DNA of 64,000 bases from Kiritimatiellia bacterium. Lineage in GTDB: Bacteria > Verrucomicrobiota > Kiritimatiellia > RFP12 > UBA1067. Shown one piece after another: positions 19,681 through 30,961 of this stretch; positions within the stretch are counted from its first letter, which is position 1; every line of letters begins with the position of its first letter. The notes under the pieces were generated by a model that was given only the letters and a program-made list of their open reading frames with translations, ran no database searches and had not been told where the DNA came from. Position numbers and translations under genes: made by a program. The stretch lies in contig JBMNFY010000017.1 in NCBI GenBank assembly GCA_050949565.1, positions 1,216,001 through 1,280,000 of the forward strand. The letters run 5' to 3'.

Positions 19681-20745
19681 ATGATTCGCACAACTCGGCC
19701 CCCGATCCGGATCGGCATCGCTGGCTTAGGACGGGCTGGACTCGAGATGCACTGCCCTGAGCTAGCGCAGATCCCGGAACTGTTCAAAATCATCGCAGTG
19801 TGCGATCCAGTCAAAGAGCGCCGCGACTTGGCCTTGGAGCGCTTGCCCGACGTGCGCACCTACCGCCGCTATGAAGACCTGCTGGCGGACCCCGATGTCG
19901 AACTGGTCGATATTGCCACGCGCTCCGACGAGCACGCCGCGCATGCGTTGCAGGCATTGAAAACCCGCAAGTGGGTGCATATCGAACAGCCCTTCTGCTG
20001 CGACTACGATCAGGCTATGATCCTGCGCGCAGCGGCGATCAAAGCTGGTAACCGCCTGCTGGTACGCCACAACTACCGTTACGAACCGGCCTTCGTGCAG
20101 GTGAAAGAGGTCATCCGTTCCGGTGTACTGGGACCGATCTACGACATCAAGATCCGTCGCGGCACCTACGAGCGGCGCGACGATTGGCAGACGGTCAAGC
20201 GTTGCGGTGGCGGTACGGCGCTTACTTGGGGACCGCAGTTCCTTGATCAAGCGCTGGACCTGCTGAACGCGCCGCCGATCAAGGTGTGGTCGGACTTCAA
20301 ACGCGTGGCGGCGGTCGGTGATGCCGAGGATTTCATGCGCGTGATCCTGCGTAACATGGCCGGCTTGACCGTTGATCTGGAAATCTCGGGCGGGCGCATC
20401 AATGAGATTCCGCAGTTTATCGTGACCGGAACCAAGGGCGAGTTCACGCTCTATCAGGGTGCGGCCGAAGGCACGATACGCCATCTGGACCGTAAGCAAA
20501 AGTTACCGCGTCGGCGCTCCAGCGTGCGGACTCCGCCGCTGGGTAGTTTCGGTACACCCGAGACGCTGAACTGGATCGAAACCAAGGTTCCGGTGGCGCC
20601 CAAGGACGATAACGGCATGGCGCTGATCTGGGAATATGTTTTCAACACGATCCGCGAGAACAAGACCTTCCCGATCCCGCTTGATCACACGATTGAGACC
20701 ATGCGCATTCTGACGTTGATCAAAAAAGAGAGCGCGTTTGCCTGA
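19681..20745 (+). CDS. Gfo/Idh/MocA family oxidoreductase-like protein
   Basis: IGIAGLGRAG, LLADPDVELVDIAT, RRDDWQT; EKP motif reads EQP. Confidence 0.85.
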   Translation: MIRTTRPPIRIGIAGLGRAGLEMHCPELAQIPELFKIIAVCDPVKERRDLALERLPDVRTYRRYEDLLADPDVELVDIATRSDEHAAHALQALKTRKWVHIEQPFCCDYDQAMILRAAAIKAGNRLLVRHNYRYEPAFVQVKEVIRSGVLGPIYDIKIRRGTYERRDDWQTVKRCGGGTALTWGPQFLDQALDLLNAPPIKVWSDFKRVAAVGDAEDFMRVILRNMAGLTVDLEISGGRINEIPQFIVTGTKGEFTLYQGAAEGTIRHLDRKQKLPRRRSSVRTPPLGSFGTPETLNWIETKVPVAPKDDNGMALIWEYVFNTIRENKTFPIPLDHTIETMRILTLIKKESAFA

Positions 20746-20767
20746 ATCCGCGCGCGGCGCGGAGGCA

Positions 20768-20854
20768 GGCTGTGAGACTGTAAGGCTGTGAGGCTTTTGG
20801 CATGGCTACGCGGGGGGCACTCAGAAACCTTACAGCCTCAACACCTCACAGCCT
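20768..20854. repeat. Inverted pair of GCTGTGAG octamer arrays; possible bidirectional terminator
   Basis: ggctgtgagactgtaaggctgtgagg opposite ccttacagcctcaacacctcacagcc; same unit at 31069-31092. Confidence 0.6.
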
Positions 20855-21464
20855 ATTCGCGGGCTTCGCCTGCGGCTGCCGCGCACTTGATCGCGCGCGT
20901 GTCCGTCACGATCCAGTCCATCGCGATGTCATGCGCGTCTAGAGGTAGCGGTTCGTCTTGCACCTGCCAATCGTAACAGACCGCGATCTTCAGCGTCGCA
21001 CTCGGGGCATGGCTGAGAAGGTCGTCGTAATGGCCAGCACCGTAGCCGAGACGCCCACCGCGCGTGTCGAACACCAGACCCGGCACGATGAACGCCTGCA
21101 CATCCCACGGCATCACGGGAATGCGCACTTCCGGTTCGCGGACGCCGTGACGGCCGGAGATCAGGCGCATCGTGGGATCAATCGCATACAGCCGGTACCC
21201 GTTCTCAGAGTTACTCCAAGCCGGCACGCACACCTCACGCCCGGCCGCCCAAATTTCGCGCGCGATGTAGCGCGTCGGGATTTCGTTGCGTGTGCTGAGA
21301 TAGATGCAGATACGCCATGTGCGCATCAGCAGATTAACCGGCGATCTGACCACCCGCTCGCAAATGGCGCGCCCGGCCTCGCGCCGCGCCTCTTGACTCA
21401 TGACACGGCGCTTTTCGCGCATCGCGTCGCGGATCGTCTGCTTGGTTTTTTTCTCGTCGCTCAA
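20853..21464 (-). CDS. 5-formyltetrahydrofolate cyclo-ligase
   Basis: [31 protein letters not shown]; TTG start overlaps the fhs stop. Confidence 0.92.
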   Translation of the reverse strand: MSDEKKTKQTIRDAMREKRRVMSQEARREAGRAICERVVRSPVNLLMRTWRICIYLSTRNEIPTRYIAREIWAAGREVCVPAWSNSENGYRLYAIDPTMRLISGRHGVREPEVRIPVMPWDVQAFIVPGLVFDTRGGRLGYGAGHYDDLLSHAPSATLKIAVCYDWQVQDEPLPLDAHDIAMDWIVTDTRAIKCAAAAGEARE

Positions 21465-23278
21465 AACAGCCCCTTGACCTTACCGGTGGCGGTGTCGATG
21501 TCGATACGGCGGAAGGCCGCGTTAGAGGCCGTGCCCGGCATGAGCTTGATATCGCCTGTAACCGGCACCACCAGCCCCGCGCCCTGATAGATCAACAGGT
21601 CGCGCACCGGCAACGTCCAACCGCGCGGACGCCCCGTCAGGGTAGAATCGTGCGAAAGGCTGTATTGCGTCTTGGCCATGCACACCGGCAGGCGCGCGAT
21701 GGCCGGATCGGCTTCGAACGCGGCGAGCTTGGCCTTGGCTTCGTCGGAGTAGGATACACCGTCACCGCCGTAGACCTCCTCGGTAATCGCCGCGATACGG
21801 TCTGACAACGGCTCGTCGAGGTCTGAGAGAAAATCAAAGTGGTTGGAATCTTCGCACGCTTCCACCACCGCCTCGGCCAGTTCGAGCGCACCTTCCCCAC
21901 CGCGCAACCAGTGATCGGAGACCGCGAAGCGCGCCCCGGCGGCTTCGGACACGCGCCGCACCAGCGCATGCTCGGCCGGCGTATCGGTGTGGAAGCTGTT
22001 GAGGCAGACCACCGGACGGATACCGGAACGCTTGACAATGCCGATGTGCGCCAGCAGGTTATCACACCCTTTCTCCAGCAGTTCCAGATTTTCGCCGGTG
22101 TAGACCGGATCAAGCGGCCGTCCGGCCTGTACCGCAGGGCCGCCACCATGCAGCTTGAGCGCACGCACAGTGGCCACGATCACCACCGCGTCAGGTTTAA
22201 GCCCGGAGCAGCGGCATTTGATGTTCCAGAATTTCTCGTAGCCGATGTCAGAAGCGAAGCCGCTCTCGGTGACCAGATAGTCGCAGAGCTTGGAGGCCAG
22301 ACGGTCGGCGATGACGGAACTCTGGCCGATGGCGATGTTCGCAAAGGGGCCGGCGTGTACCAGCATCGGCTGGCCTTCGAGCGTCTGCATCAGCGTGGGG
22401 TTGGCCGCGCGCGTCATCCAGGCGGCCATCGCGCCGTCCACCTCAAGGTCGGCAGTAGTGATCGGCTTCCCGGCTTTCGAGTAGGCCACGATGATGCGGC
22501 CAAGGCGCGCGCGCAGATCGGCGAGATCGGTAGCCATCGCCAGAATCGCCATGACTTCCGAGGCCACGGTGATGTAAAAACCGGACGCCATTTGGAAGCC
22601 GTCCATGCGGCCACCGCGACCGATCTCGATGTTGCGCAACGCCTGTGCGCAGAAGTCCATGGCCCAGCGCAACTGCACACGGTCGGGATCAATGTCGAGC
22701 CGTGCGAGGCGGCTCTGCGCGAGGCGCGCGTCATCGTAATTGCGCTCATGCTGCATGCGCGCGGTCAGCGCGACCATCGCCAGATTGTTGGCGTTGGTGA
22801 TCGCGTCGATATCGCCGGTGAGGCCGAGCGAGAGCGGCGCGAGCGGCACGACCTGCGCGAGACCGCCGCCGGCGGCCGATCCCTTGATGTTGAAGGTCGG
22901 GCCACCGCTGGGCTGACGAACCGTACCAAGCGCGCGCCGACCGAGCCGACCCAAGCCTTGCACCAAGCCGAGCGTGGTGGTCGTCTTGCCTTCACCCAGC
23001 GGCGTCGGCGTGATCGCGGTGACATCGATATACTTGGCGCGGCGCGGCGGATCGCCCAGACGCGCGTGTACGGCGTTCGCATCGATTTTGGCGAGCAGGC
23101 GTCCATACGGGATGATCTCATCCGGCAGCAAGCCCATCTCGGCGGCCAGGTCAGCGACCGGGCGCAGGTTCTGTTCAGCGGCTTCGGCGATTTCCCAATC
23201 GGCGAGTTGTGTGGGGTCTAGTTTCATGGACTTCAGCGTATCGTTTTTCCAGTTTTGCGTTTTGTCCGCATTCAACAT
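21461..23278 (-). CDS. fhs: Formate--tetrahydrofolate ligase
   Basis: [49 protein letters not shown]. Confidence 0.97.
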   Translation of the reverse strand: MLNADKTQNWKNDTLKSMKLDPTQLADWEIAEAAEQNLRPVADLAAEMGLLPDEIIPYGRLLAKIDANAVHARLGDPPRRAKYIDVTAITPTPLGEGKTTTTLGLVQGLGRLGRRALGTVRQPSGGPTFNIKGSAAGGGLAQVVPLAPLSLGLTGDIDAITNANNLAMVALTARMQHERNYDDARLAQSRLARLDIDPDRVQLRWAMDFCAQALRNIEIGRGGRMDGFQMASGFYITVASEVMAILAMATDLADLRARLGRIIVAYSKAGKPITTADLEVDGAMAAWMTRAANPTLMQTLEGQPMLVHAGPFANIAIGQSSVIADRLASKLCDYLVTESGFASDIGYEKFWNIKCRCSGLKPDAVVIVATVRALKLHGGGPAVQAGRPLDPVYTGENLELLEKGCDNLLAHIGIVKRSGIRPVVCLNSFHTDTPAEHALVRRVSEAAGARFAVSDHWLRGGEGALELAEAVVEACEDSNHFDFLSDLDEPLSDRIAAITEEVYGGDGVSYSDEAKAKLAAFEADPAIARLPVCMAKTQYSLSHDSTLTGRPRGWTLPVRDLLIYQGAGLVVPVTGDIKLMPGTASNAAFRRIDIDTATGKVKGLF

Positions 23279-25479
23279 GTCGTCATAATACCAGCAGGGC
23301 GCTCTTTAAGCCACTGGATTTTGTCCTCTTCGTCGCGACGGATCACTTCCACGTAGTATTTCTTGCCGCGCACGAAGAGCCCATGCACCGCGTCCGCGCC
23401 TTCGGATTCGGCCACGGCCTGGACGATATCGATCATCGGCCGCGTGATGGTGAGGCCGGGCAGGAAGACCGGAATACCGGGCGGGTAGGGCACGAGCAAC
23501 TGGCTGCTGATGCGGCCCTCGGCCTGATCCAGTTCGATTAGCTCACCGTCGCACAGGGCGGCATCACGCGGCAACACGGTGGCCTGACCGTTCACGGCGT
23601 CGGCCACGCTGCTGTCGAAGGCGTCGCGCTCGGGACGTCCGATCGCCTCTTTCATCCGCATGATGGCACGGTAAAGGTATTCGAAATGATCTTCGACCGT
23701 GCCGATGGTGACCAGAAACAGCAAGGTGACCGGCGTTGACTTCTCCCACTGGATCTTGGCGTCGAGCAGCAGGTCCTTAAAGCGGCGGCACGCCTCAGGG
23801 TTCTTGAAGGAGAGTATGATCTTGAGCGGGTCGTGCAGATAGCCTTCGCGTTCATAGGCGGGGGCGTCCCCCGCACCGACAATTTCACGCAGGCCCGCAA
23901 AGCAGACTTCTTCGGGTAGACCACACTCGCGCGCAACACGCGCCTTGAAGGTCTTGACCCAGCGCAGGCGCTCTTCAATCAGCTTGAGCCCCTCCAGCCG
24001 CATCTGCACGCCGGCGCAGTCGAGGGTGGCCATCATCGGATAGTGAGGCGAGGTGGAGTGCCAGTAGCGCAACACCTCGTGCAGATTGTGGATGAACTTA
24101 TCGTAGGAACCACGGCCATTGACAGCGAAGCGCGTGAGCAGCCAGCGCCACTCGGCAGATTCGCTCTCGAAAAGCTGCTTGAACCGCAGCGAGACGTGGA
24201 TCATCGAGGACTGACTGAAGGCCGCCAGCGTCTTGTGGGTGGAGTGTACGGCGAAATGGGCACTGGAGGTCTCGTGGATAGCGTTGTAACGCACGCGTCG
24301 CCCGTTCGCGGTCACTGCCGTATAGTAGGGATGGAAGCTGAGATAAGATGCCCACGCCTCATCCGCATAAAAGAGAATACCGTGGCGCTCGCAGAGCCGC
24401 GCGACCTCCCAGACCGGATAGAGAATCCCTTCGTAGGTGCAGGTGGTGAGCACCAGCATGCGCGGTTTGGCATGTTCGGGATAGTGCGTGGTAAGGGCGC
24501 GCCGCAGATCCTCCATGGCGATCGGCGCCCAAACGCCAAGATGGGCATTGAAGCGTGCCGGCAGATAGTTGGGGATGGCACCGGCCATCACAACGGCATG
24601 ATGAACCGACTTGTGGCAGTTGCGATCGAGCAGCACGGTCTCACCGGGCCGCAGCAGCGTCATCAACATCGCCTTATTGGAGGTGGTCGAGCCGTTGGTG
24701 ATGTAATAGCTCTGAGCCGAGCCGAAGATCTCCGAAGTGAGACGTTGAGCATCGGCCAGCGGCGTGCGCGATCCCGGCGTAGAGAGGTCGCCCAGACTGT
24801 GAACCGAAACACTGAGGTCGGCGCGGAAAGTCATCGGGCCATACTCGTGGCGGAATCCCTGCAAGAAAAGCGAACGGCTGAAGGCGTGGCCGGCGTTATG
24901 ACCGGGCGTGTGCCAAGAGGAGCCGGCCTCGTCCATCACGTAGTGACGCAGAGCGTGCCAGAAGCGAGGTTCCCACAAGGCGCGGAACAGGTGGTGCACG
25001 CGGGACTGGTGCGCTTGGATATTGTCAAACACCTCGCGCGACTTGAGCACCCAACGGCGCGACGGCACGCGGACCCGTTCCGCGCCCGGTGTCGTCAACA
25101 CGATCTTGGGAATCGGCGGAAAGTAGGTGTAGAGCCACCGAGTGAGCGGTATGCCTTCGAGGTTTAAGGCATGTAGCGGCAGACGCCGCCCCGGTTGCGC
25201 CGGGTCATCAAAGGCGTCATCCAGCATAAAGAGGATGCAGGTCTTCCCGTCATCCGTCAGCATGCCCTCCACCGTCTCGTCCGAGAACAGCCCGCGCTGA
25301 AGCTCTTCAGGCGAGGCGACTGGCACAATCCTCAGCGGCGGCCAATCAATCGGCTCATCCGACGGGAAGGTCTCGTCACAGAAACGGCGGAAAATATCCG
25401 ACAGGCCGTGTGTCAGCGCCTGAAGACGCTCGTGCTCCAGAGAGGAACTCTGAAGGTAAAAAACAGTTAGTTCATTCAT
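23272..25479 (-). CDS. Orn/Lys/Arg decarboxylase (fold type I PLP)
   Basis: WHTPGH, NGSTTSN, DRNCHKS, TYEG, DEAW, HSTHKTL (PLP Lys), STSP, PYPPGIP. Confidence 0.92.
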   Translation of the reverse strand: MNELTVFYLQSSSLEHERLQALTHGLSDIFRRFCDETFPSDEPIDWPPLRIVPVASPEELQRGLFSDETVEGMLTDDGKTCILFMLDDAFDDPAQPGRRLPLHALNLEGIPLTRWLYTYFPPIPKIVLTTPGAERVRVPSRRWVLKSREVFDNIQAHQSRVHHLFRALWEPRFWHALRHYVMDEAGSSWHTPGHNAGHAFSRSLFLQGFRHEYGPMTFRADLSVSVHSLGDLSTPGSRTPLADAQRLTSEIFGSAQSYYITNGSTTSNKAMLMTLLRPGETVLLDRNCHKSVHHAVVMAGAIPNYLPARFNAHLGVWAPIAMEDLRRALTTHYPEHAKPRMLVLTTCTYEGILYPVWEVARLCERHGILFYADEAWASYLSFHPYYTAVTANGRRVRYNAIHETSSAHFAVHSTHKTLAAFSQSSMIHVSLRFKQLFESESAEWRWLLTRFAVNGRGSYDKFIHNLHEVLRYWHSTSPHYPMMATLDCAGVQMRLEGLKLIEERLRWVKTFKARVARECGLPEEVCFAGLREIVGAGDAPAYEREGYLHDPLKIILSFKNPEACRRFKDLLLDAKIQWEKSTPVTLLFLVTIGTVEDHFEYLYRAIMRMKEAIGRPERDAFDSSVADAVNGQATVLPRDAALCDGELIELDQAEGRISSQLLVPYPPGIPVFLPGLTITRPMIDIVQAVAESEGADAVHGLFVRGKKYYVEVIRRDEEDKIQWLKERPAGIMTTC

Positions 25480-25498
25480 CAGACGCGGGATCGTCCGT

Positions 25499-25678
25499 TT
25501 ACTCTAGCGGCATGGGGTTGCAGAGGTTCTCCTCTTTGTCGGCCACCCGACCGCAGTTGAAGCAGATGTGTGTCGGTTCTTTAGTCACTTGCTTGATCAT
25601 TTCAAATTGCGATTGGCTGGCCAGCACACAAAGATGCCCCTCGTGTTTTCCAATACAAACGCGGCTCTTTTCACTCAT
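25499..25678 (-). CDS. 59-aa Cys/His-rich putative metal-binding protein (absent from the ORF track)
   Basis: Manual translation MSEKSRVCIGKHEGHLCVL...HICFNCGRVADKEENLCNPMPLE; AAGGAG RBS upstream. Confidence 0.7.
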   Translation of the reverse strand: MSEKSRVCIGKHEGHLCVLASQSQFEMIKQVTKEPTHICFNCGRVADKEENLCNPMPLE

Positions 25679-25716
25679 AATTCGTTGTTTCTCCTTTCTT
25701 AATTGAAGTTCCCGTC

Positions 25717-25746
25717 ATTTTATCATAAGCCCCGCTCTCCGGACAA
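25717..25746 (-). promoter_or_regulatory. Candidate promoter for the small protein-decarboxylase-fhs operon
   Basis: TTGTCC-N18-TAAAAT with extended -10 TG. Confidence 0.4.
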
Positions 25747-25945
25747 CGGGTTTCAGGTTTCTGGGCAGGGCCGCAGAGTTAACATTTAGGAGTTTTTGCT
25801 CCTATGATTTCATAAATAACGTCGCGCAAGGGCTTGTCGCTGCTCCCCGTTTCTTGATACCATGACGCTATGGTGTGAAAAGGATCGTATGCCGTTGGTT
25901 GATACAACGGCACGGGCTTCGTCCACAACAGTCAGGGGAACAAAG

Positions 25946-26635
25946 ATGAAAACGTTATTGTCGGCAAAAACACTCATCGCCGCAATCGCGGCGTTCGTAA
26001 GCGTCCTCACCGTTCAGGCAGGCAACGCATGGTTGTATGACAACTCCGCAAAGACTCTAACCGAGCAGGTCACCGATGGTTCCATGCCTTGGGTGATTGG
26101 CGGGGTTTCCGCGTCCGGTACGGAACTCTCGGCAACAGCGACATCAAGCAACTTCGCGACTCTTACGACAACTGGTGACTCAACCGAACTCGACTTCACC
26201 ACCATCACCAATGCCTCCGGCACCGCTTTCACTCTAGTGAGACTTGGCGCCCATATTCTTAAACAACGCTCGACACTCACCAAGGTAACAGCGCCCGAAC
26301 TGGGCGAGGCTAGTAATTACGCTTTCATGGCTTGCACGGCACTTGTGGATGTCGTTGCGCCCAAACTTCCCAAAGTCGGTGTCCAAACCTTCAATGGTTG
26401 TACTTCGTTGTTCTTCCCCAGCCGATGGGACGTAGAACGTCAATGCACGGATCTTGACAGCATTACTACAATCGGCAAGGAAAATTTTAGAGGAACGGCT
26501 CTGTCCGGTAGGATTTCGTTCAAGGGCTGCACCATGGCTTCGACAGCCAGTGGTCTTTTCCAGAACTGTACCATCACAGAGATCGAGCTTAAGCCAGAGG
26601 GGGAGCACGATTTTGGGGCATATATGTGCGCATGA
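25946..26635 (+). pseudogene. Secreted BspA-type leucine-rich repeat protein, apparently truncated
   Basis: Signal peptide; AFMACTAL, TFNGCTSL, FQNCTITEI repeats that end abruptly. Confidence 0.6.
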
Positions 26636-26772
26636 CCGACCGCGTGATGGCGTTCAACAACAAGGTTGTGGCGCTCGTCCACAAGGTGATGCCAGAAAAG
26701 AAGTTCTGTTTTATAGCCTACAACAACTATAGCGGCCTTCCCTGTGCGATGCGGCACGATACAACAGGATGA
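26594..26772 (+). pseudogene. Short fragment resembling the DUF4838 domain
   Basis: Alternative frame MTDRVMAFNNKVVALVHKVMPEKKFCFIAYNNYSGLP. Confidence 0.35.
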
Positions 26773-26868
26773 TGGGGAAATGATCGGTGTTCTGACTCCG
26801 CAATTTTCGCATCTTCGCACCGTCGCGCGAGAAAAAACCACTTTTTGCAAAAAACCGCATTCTCCTGT

Positions 26869-26897
26869 TTGCCATAGCGGCGGGAATCGGGTATAGT
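26869..26897 (+). promoter_or_regulatory. Candidate sigma70 promoter
   Basis: TTGCCA-N17-TATAGT. Confidence 0.5.
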
Positions 26898-26971
26898 TGG
26901 GACATCAATTACGGTTCTCTTCTCGATTTCCGAGGTGGCCGTAGTGCCGTTTTCACATGTGACACGAGGTG

Positions 26972-27484
26972 ATCATGAAAAAAGTGTTGTTCGGTTTGCT
27001 GATGGCGGGGGTGATTGTGTTTGGCGCCAGTGCCGCTGAAAAGGTGCGTTGGCCGGTCTGGTTCGCTTTCAACGGCGTGGAGGATATCGATGTCGTCGGG
27101 CTTCGCCTGAACCTCCCTTCTGGCGAGTGTGAGCAGGTGACGGGCATCGACCTCGGTTTTATTGGCCGTTCCCAGTATTACAATGGCATCCAAATCAACC
27201 TGTTCCGCAATGACGTCGAGGACACCCTTGCGGGCTGGCAGATCGGTTGCTACAACTCGACAAGCCTGGGTGACGCGCTGGGCTTGCAGACGGGCCTTTG
27301 GAATGAGGCGCAGAGCCTCTATGGGTTTCAGGCCGGCTTGGTGAACCTCGCTGATTACGCGACGGGCTTTCAGATCGGGCTGATCAACCGCGTAGAGGAT
27401 ATGCACGGCTACCAGATTGGATTGGTCAACATTATCCGCAGCGGTCGCGTCCCCTTCTGTCCGATCATCAACGCGTGCTTCTAA
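26972..27484 (+). CDS. Exported protein with G-x-Q-x-G-x-x-N repeats (LA_2272-like)
   Basis: Signal peptide; GFQAGLVN, GFQIGLIN, GYQIGLVN; C-terminal Phe. Confidence 0.75.
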   Translation: MMKKVLFGLLMAGVIVFGASAAEKVRWPVWFAFNGVEDIDVVGLRLNLPSGECEQVTGIDLGFIGRSQYYNGIQINLFRNDVEDTLAGWQIGCYNSTSLGDALGLQTGLWNEAQSLYGFQAGLVNLADYATGFQIGLINRVEDMHGYQIGLVNIIRSGRVPFCPIINACF

Positions 27485-27581
27485 CCGTTGCTTTTTATCG
27501 TCCGGCAACGCCTGAGGCGCTGTCGTGTGCGCGGCGGGCAAGCCAAGGCCCGCCGTCTTCTTTTATTTCAGGAGAGTGTCC

Positions 27582-28805
27582 ATGCAGATCAAACCGTTTG
27601 CCGCCCTGCGCCCCGCCCCCGAAAAAGCCGCTCTTGTCGCCGCCGTGCCCTACGATGTGGTTGATACCGCCGAGGCGCGCACCCTAGCCGCCGGCAATCC
27701 CGACAGCTTCCTGCATGTTTCGCGCCCTGAGATCGATCTGCCGGACAGCGTGGACATCCATGACGATGCCGTGTACGCGCAGGGTGTCAAGGCCTTCCGT
27801 GACCTTCAGGCGCGCGGCGCGCTGGTGCGTGAGGCTGACGAGCGGCTCTATGTCTACCGCCAGATTATGGGTGGCCACAGCCAGACCGGCGTGGTTGCTT
27901 GCTGTCACATTGATGACTATGCTTGCGACATCATTCGCAAACATGAGAAGACCCGCAAGGATAAAGAGGATGACCGTACGCGTCATTGCCTTGAGTTGAA
28001 TGCCAATTCCGGGCCGGTCTTTCTGACCTACCGCGACACTCCCGCGCTCGACGCGCTGGTTGCCGCCACCCAGCAGACGACTCCGCTTTACGACTTCACC
28101 GCGCCGGACGGCGTGCGTCACACGGTCTGGCGCGTCGAGGAGGACGCCGCCCCGTGGGTCGAAGCGTTTGCCGAGGTTCCGCTGGCTTACGTGGCGGACG
28201 GCCACCACCGCGCGGCTGCCGCTTTCCGCGCCGGCCAACAGCGTCGCGCCGCCAATCCGGCCCATACCGGGCGCGAGGAGTACAATTGGTTTCTCGCTGT
28301 ACTCTTCCCGGGAACCCAGTTGCGCATTCTGCCCTACAATCGCTGCGTGGCGGATCTCAACGGTCTCGCGCCCGAAGCTTTTCTGGCGCAGGTCTCCAAA
28401 ATCTTTACTACCGCTCCGGCTGACGGTGCTGATCCGACCGGTCCGCGTGAAGTGCGCATGTACCTCGCTGGCCGCTGGTATGCGCTCACTTGGGACGAGG
28501 TCGTGGCCGACGACCCGGTGAGCCGCCTTGATGTCAGCGTGTTGCAGGACCGCCTGCTTGCACCGGTGCTGGGTATCGATGATCCGCGCACTAGCATGCG
28601 CATTTCATTTGTCGGCGGCATTCGCGGCGCTGCTGAGCTGATCCGCCGCGTGGACGGCGGACGCGACGCGGTGGCCTTTTCGATGTACCCCGTGACTGTC
28701 GCTCAGATGATGGATGTCGCGGATGCGGGCAAGATCATGCCGCCCAAGAGTACTTGGTTCGAGCCCAAGCTACGTTCGGGCCTGCTGGTTCACACGCTGG
28801 ATTGA
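27582..28805 (+). CDS. DUF1015 family protein
   Basis: PYDVV, IRKHEKTR, YVADGHHR, MPPKSTWFEPKLRSGL. Confidence 0.92.
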   Translation: MQIKPFAALRPAPEKAALVAAVPYDVVDTAEARTLAAGNPDSFLHVSRPEIDLPDSVDIHDDAVYAQGVKAFRDLQARGALVREADERLYVYRQIMGGHSQTGVVACCHIDDYACDIIRKHEKTRKDKEDDRTRHCLELNANSGPVFLTYRDTPALDALVAATQQTTPLYDFTAPDGVRHTVWRVEEDAAPWVEAFAEVPLAYVADGHHRAAAAFRAGQQRRAANPAHTGREEYNWFLAVLFPGTQLRILPYNRCVADLNGLAPEAFLAQVSKIFTTAPADGADPTGPREVRMYLAGRWYALTWDEVVADDPVSRLDVSVLQDRLLAPVLGIDDPRTSMRISFVGGIRGAAELIRRVDGGRDAVAFSMYPVTVAQMMDVADAGKIMPPKSTWFEPKLRSGLLVHTLD

Positions 28806-28811
28806 GTTGGT

Positions 28812-29351
28812 TCAAAGCGCCACGCGCTGGCCAGCCGACCGGCGTACCGGCTGCTGCGGCAGGAGGCCCGCCTCGTGGCGGGCGGCTTGCGGGTTATCAA
28901 CGATCACGCTGAAGACGCGGTAGCGCGCGGTGAGGCCGGAAGCCGACTTCAGCATCGGCGGCGGGTGGCCTTTGCCGGTGTAGGCCTTGCCGGTTTTGCG
29001 TGTCCGTTCGTTGAAGGCCGTCCAGCCTTCAGCATCTTCGGCTTCGAGGATTTCCTGCACATCCTCCTTCGAGAGCCGCGTGCGCGAATTTTCGAACGTG
29101 GCCTTTTCGTACCGGATGCGCAGCGTTACGTCGTTGACACTCGCCGCCGTGATGATCCAGTCGCCGTGGTAGTAGACGATGTTGCGCGCGTTCGCAAGAA
29201 TCATGTGCTCCGCATCGTCCAACTCCGTGCCGGCGCCACCGTAGCGCGCTTCACTCTGCTTGACACTTTCGCCCACGCGTGCCTGTGCCGCACAGACCAC
29301 GCTTAGCAAGCAAGCCATGGCCAAACTAACGATATCCATTCGCATCCTCAT
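28812..29351 (-). CDS. Hypothetical exported protein
   Basis: Signal peptide; start overlaps the stop of the upstream regulator. Confidence 0.55.
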   Translation of the reverse strand: MRMRMDIVSLAMACLLSVVCAAQARVGESVKQSEARYGGAGTELDDAEHMILANARNIVYYHGDWIITAASVNDVTLRIRYEKATFENSRTRLSKEDVQEILEAEDAEGWTAFNERTRKTGKAYTGKGHPPPMLKSASGLTARYRVFSVIVDNPQAARHEAGLLPQQPVRRSAGQRVAL

Positions 29352-29731
29352 CGGGCGACCCTCCTTTTACGTGTGTGCGTTTTGACGAAGTCAGCGATGC
29401 GAGTCAAGGTCTCGGGGCTGAGAAAATGCTCCATCGCGCAGGCATCCTTCTCCGCTGTTTCGTCAGAGACCTTGAGCAGCGTCAAGAATTCCTTGAGCAG
29501 CGTATGGCGACCGAGAATCTCGCTGGCGGCATGCGTACCGGCCTCGGTGAGATCTACGGCACCATACGGCTCTTGGGTGACATAACCACGTTTCTTGAGT
29601 TCAAGCACCGCCTTGATGACTGAGGGCATCTTGACGTGCAACGCCTGCGCCACATCGCGCACGCGGGCACTGCCGTTCGTCTGCGCCAGTAGGTAGATGG
29701 TCTCCAAATAGTCTTCTAGGCTGTTGGTCAT
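29348..29731 (-). CDS. DtxR/MntR family metal-dependent regulator
   Basis: SLEDYLETIY, ARVRDVA, RHTLL, DACAMEH. Confidence 0.92.
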   Translation of the reverse strand: MTNSLEDYLETIYLLAQTNGSARVRDVAQALHVKMPSVIKAVLELKKRGYVTQEPYGAVDLTEAGTHAASEILGRHTLLKEFLTLLKVSDETAEKDACAMEHFLSPETLTRIADFVKTHTRKRRVAR

Positions 29732-29788
29732 GTCACGTCCGCAACCTGAACGTTGGGCGTTGCCCCCCGTCCATTCACGGTGATGGGC

Positions 29789-30961
29789 TTACCGTTTCTT
29801 CTCGAAGCCCTGCTCGTTGATGATCTTCTGCAATCCGGCGCGCAGCGTGCAATCTTCCGGCAGAACCTTGTTGCGGATCAGGACGTTGAAGGCGTTGCGC
29901 AGACCGATGATCTCGCCTTTACGGCCCTCCAACTTCTGCTTGTCCATGCCGCCCAGTTCAGCGAGATAGGCATTCGCGATCGTCTTGATCTCGTTGATGC
30001 GGGGCTCCGTCTTTTCATAGGAGATAACCTCCAGCAAACGGTGGAGCGCCGCCGCCTTGTTGGGGTCGGCGGGGTTGGCCCGCGCATATAACTTGGCCGC
30101 AGTCTCGCGCCGCAGCGCCATCACGTCCGCCTCGTTGGCGGCCGGTCCGCCGTGCGTGGTATTAGCATAACGGGAAGGAATTTCGCGTAGCCAGATGTTG
30201 CGGAAGCGCACCGGATTGCCGTGGTCCTGAAGTTGCAGCGGCAACTTGTTCGCGTGCGGCTTCAACGGACGGCGGCGGCAATGCGTGGTCAGACCTTCCA
30301 TTTCCCAGTGATCCTGTACCAACACGCCGTTGTGGAAAACGGTGACCGATCCCGGCCACTTCAACGTCTCACCCTCCCAGATCGGCTGGTGAAATACGAT
30401 GTCATAGGTCTGCCATTCGCCCGGCTTGCGGCAGGCGTTCACCATCGGCGGATTCTCGGCATAGACCGACGCGGCTTGGCCGTCGGCATAGTTGGGATTC
30501 TTGTTACTGCCGTCAGGCAGGACTTCCGTCTCATAGGAGTCCAGCACCTGAATCTCATAGTTGCCCATCAGGAAGACGCCGCTGTTGCCGCGACCCTGGC
30601 CTTGCCCTTCGACCCGGATAGGTGCCGCCCACTCGATGTGCAACTGGCAGTCGCCGAACGACTGCTTGGTACGGATATAACCCGCGCCTTTGACCGACTC
30701 AAGCGCACCGTCCACCAGACGCCACTTGGTCGGCTCGCCCTTGGTGCTCTCCCAGTTGTCCAGCGAGGTGCCGTCAAAAAGGACAATCGCATCCGACGGC
30801 GGCTGGCCCGGCTCCGCCGTAATTTTCTTAGGCACCGGGCGATTCATGTCGTGTACCGCCCATGCATGCAATGCGTCAGGCGTATCGCCATACAATCCCG
30901 CCATCACTGTCGCCGCAGACCCTGCGGCCAGAGCCGCCACCATCATTCGTACGTGCTTCAT
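29789..30961 (-). CDS. DUF1080 (3-keto-disaccharide hydrolase-like) exported protein
   Basis: AIVLFDG, GNSGVF, YEIQVLDS, GEWQTYDI, LQDHGNPVRFRNIW. Confidence 0.88.
   Translation of the reverse strand: MKHVRMMVAALAAGSAATVMAGLYGDTPDALHAWAVHDMNRPVPKKITAEPGQPPSDAIVLFDGTSLDNWESTKGEPTKWRLVDGALESVKGAGYIRTKQSFGDCQLHIEWAAPIRVEGQGQGRGNSGVFLMGNYEIQVLDSYETEVLPDGSNKNPNYADGQAASVYAENPPMVNACRKPGEWQTYDIVFHQPIWEGETLKWPGSVTVFHNGVLVQDHWEMEGLTTHCRRRPLKPHANKLPLQLQDHGNPVRFRNIWLREIPSRYANTTHGGPAANEADVMALRRETAAKLYARANPADPNKAAALHRLLEVISYEKTEPRINEIKTIANAYLAELGGMDKQKLEGRKGEIIGLRNAFNVLIRNKVLPEDCTLRAGLQKIINEQGFEKKR

Noticed and set aside
21465-21480. 6S RNA upstream of 5-formyl-THF cyclo-ligase
   Set aside because: The gene overlaps fhs directly, leaving no intergenic space
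21839-25167. Long antisense ORFs (e.g. 21839-23221, 24043-25167, also 1688-2896 and 42720-43658)
   Set aside because: Shadow frames of well-supported genes, expected in high-GC DNA
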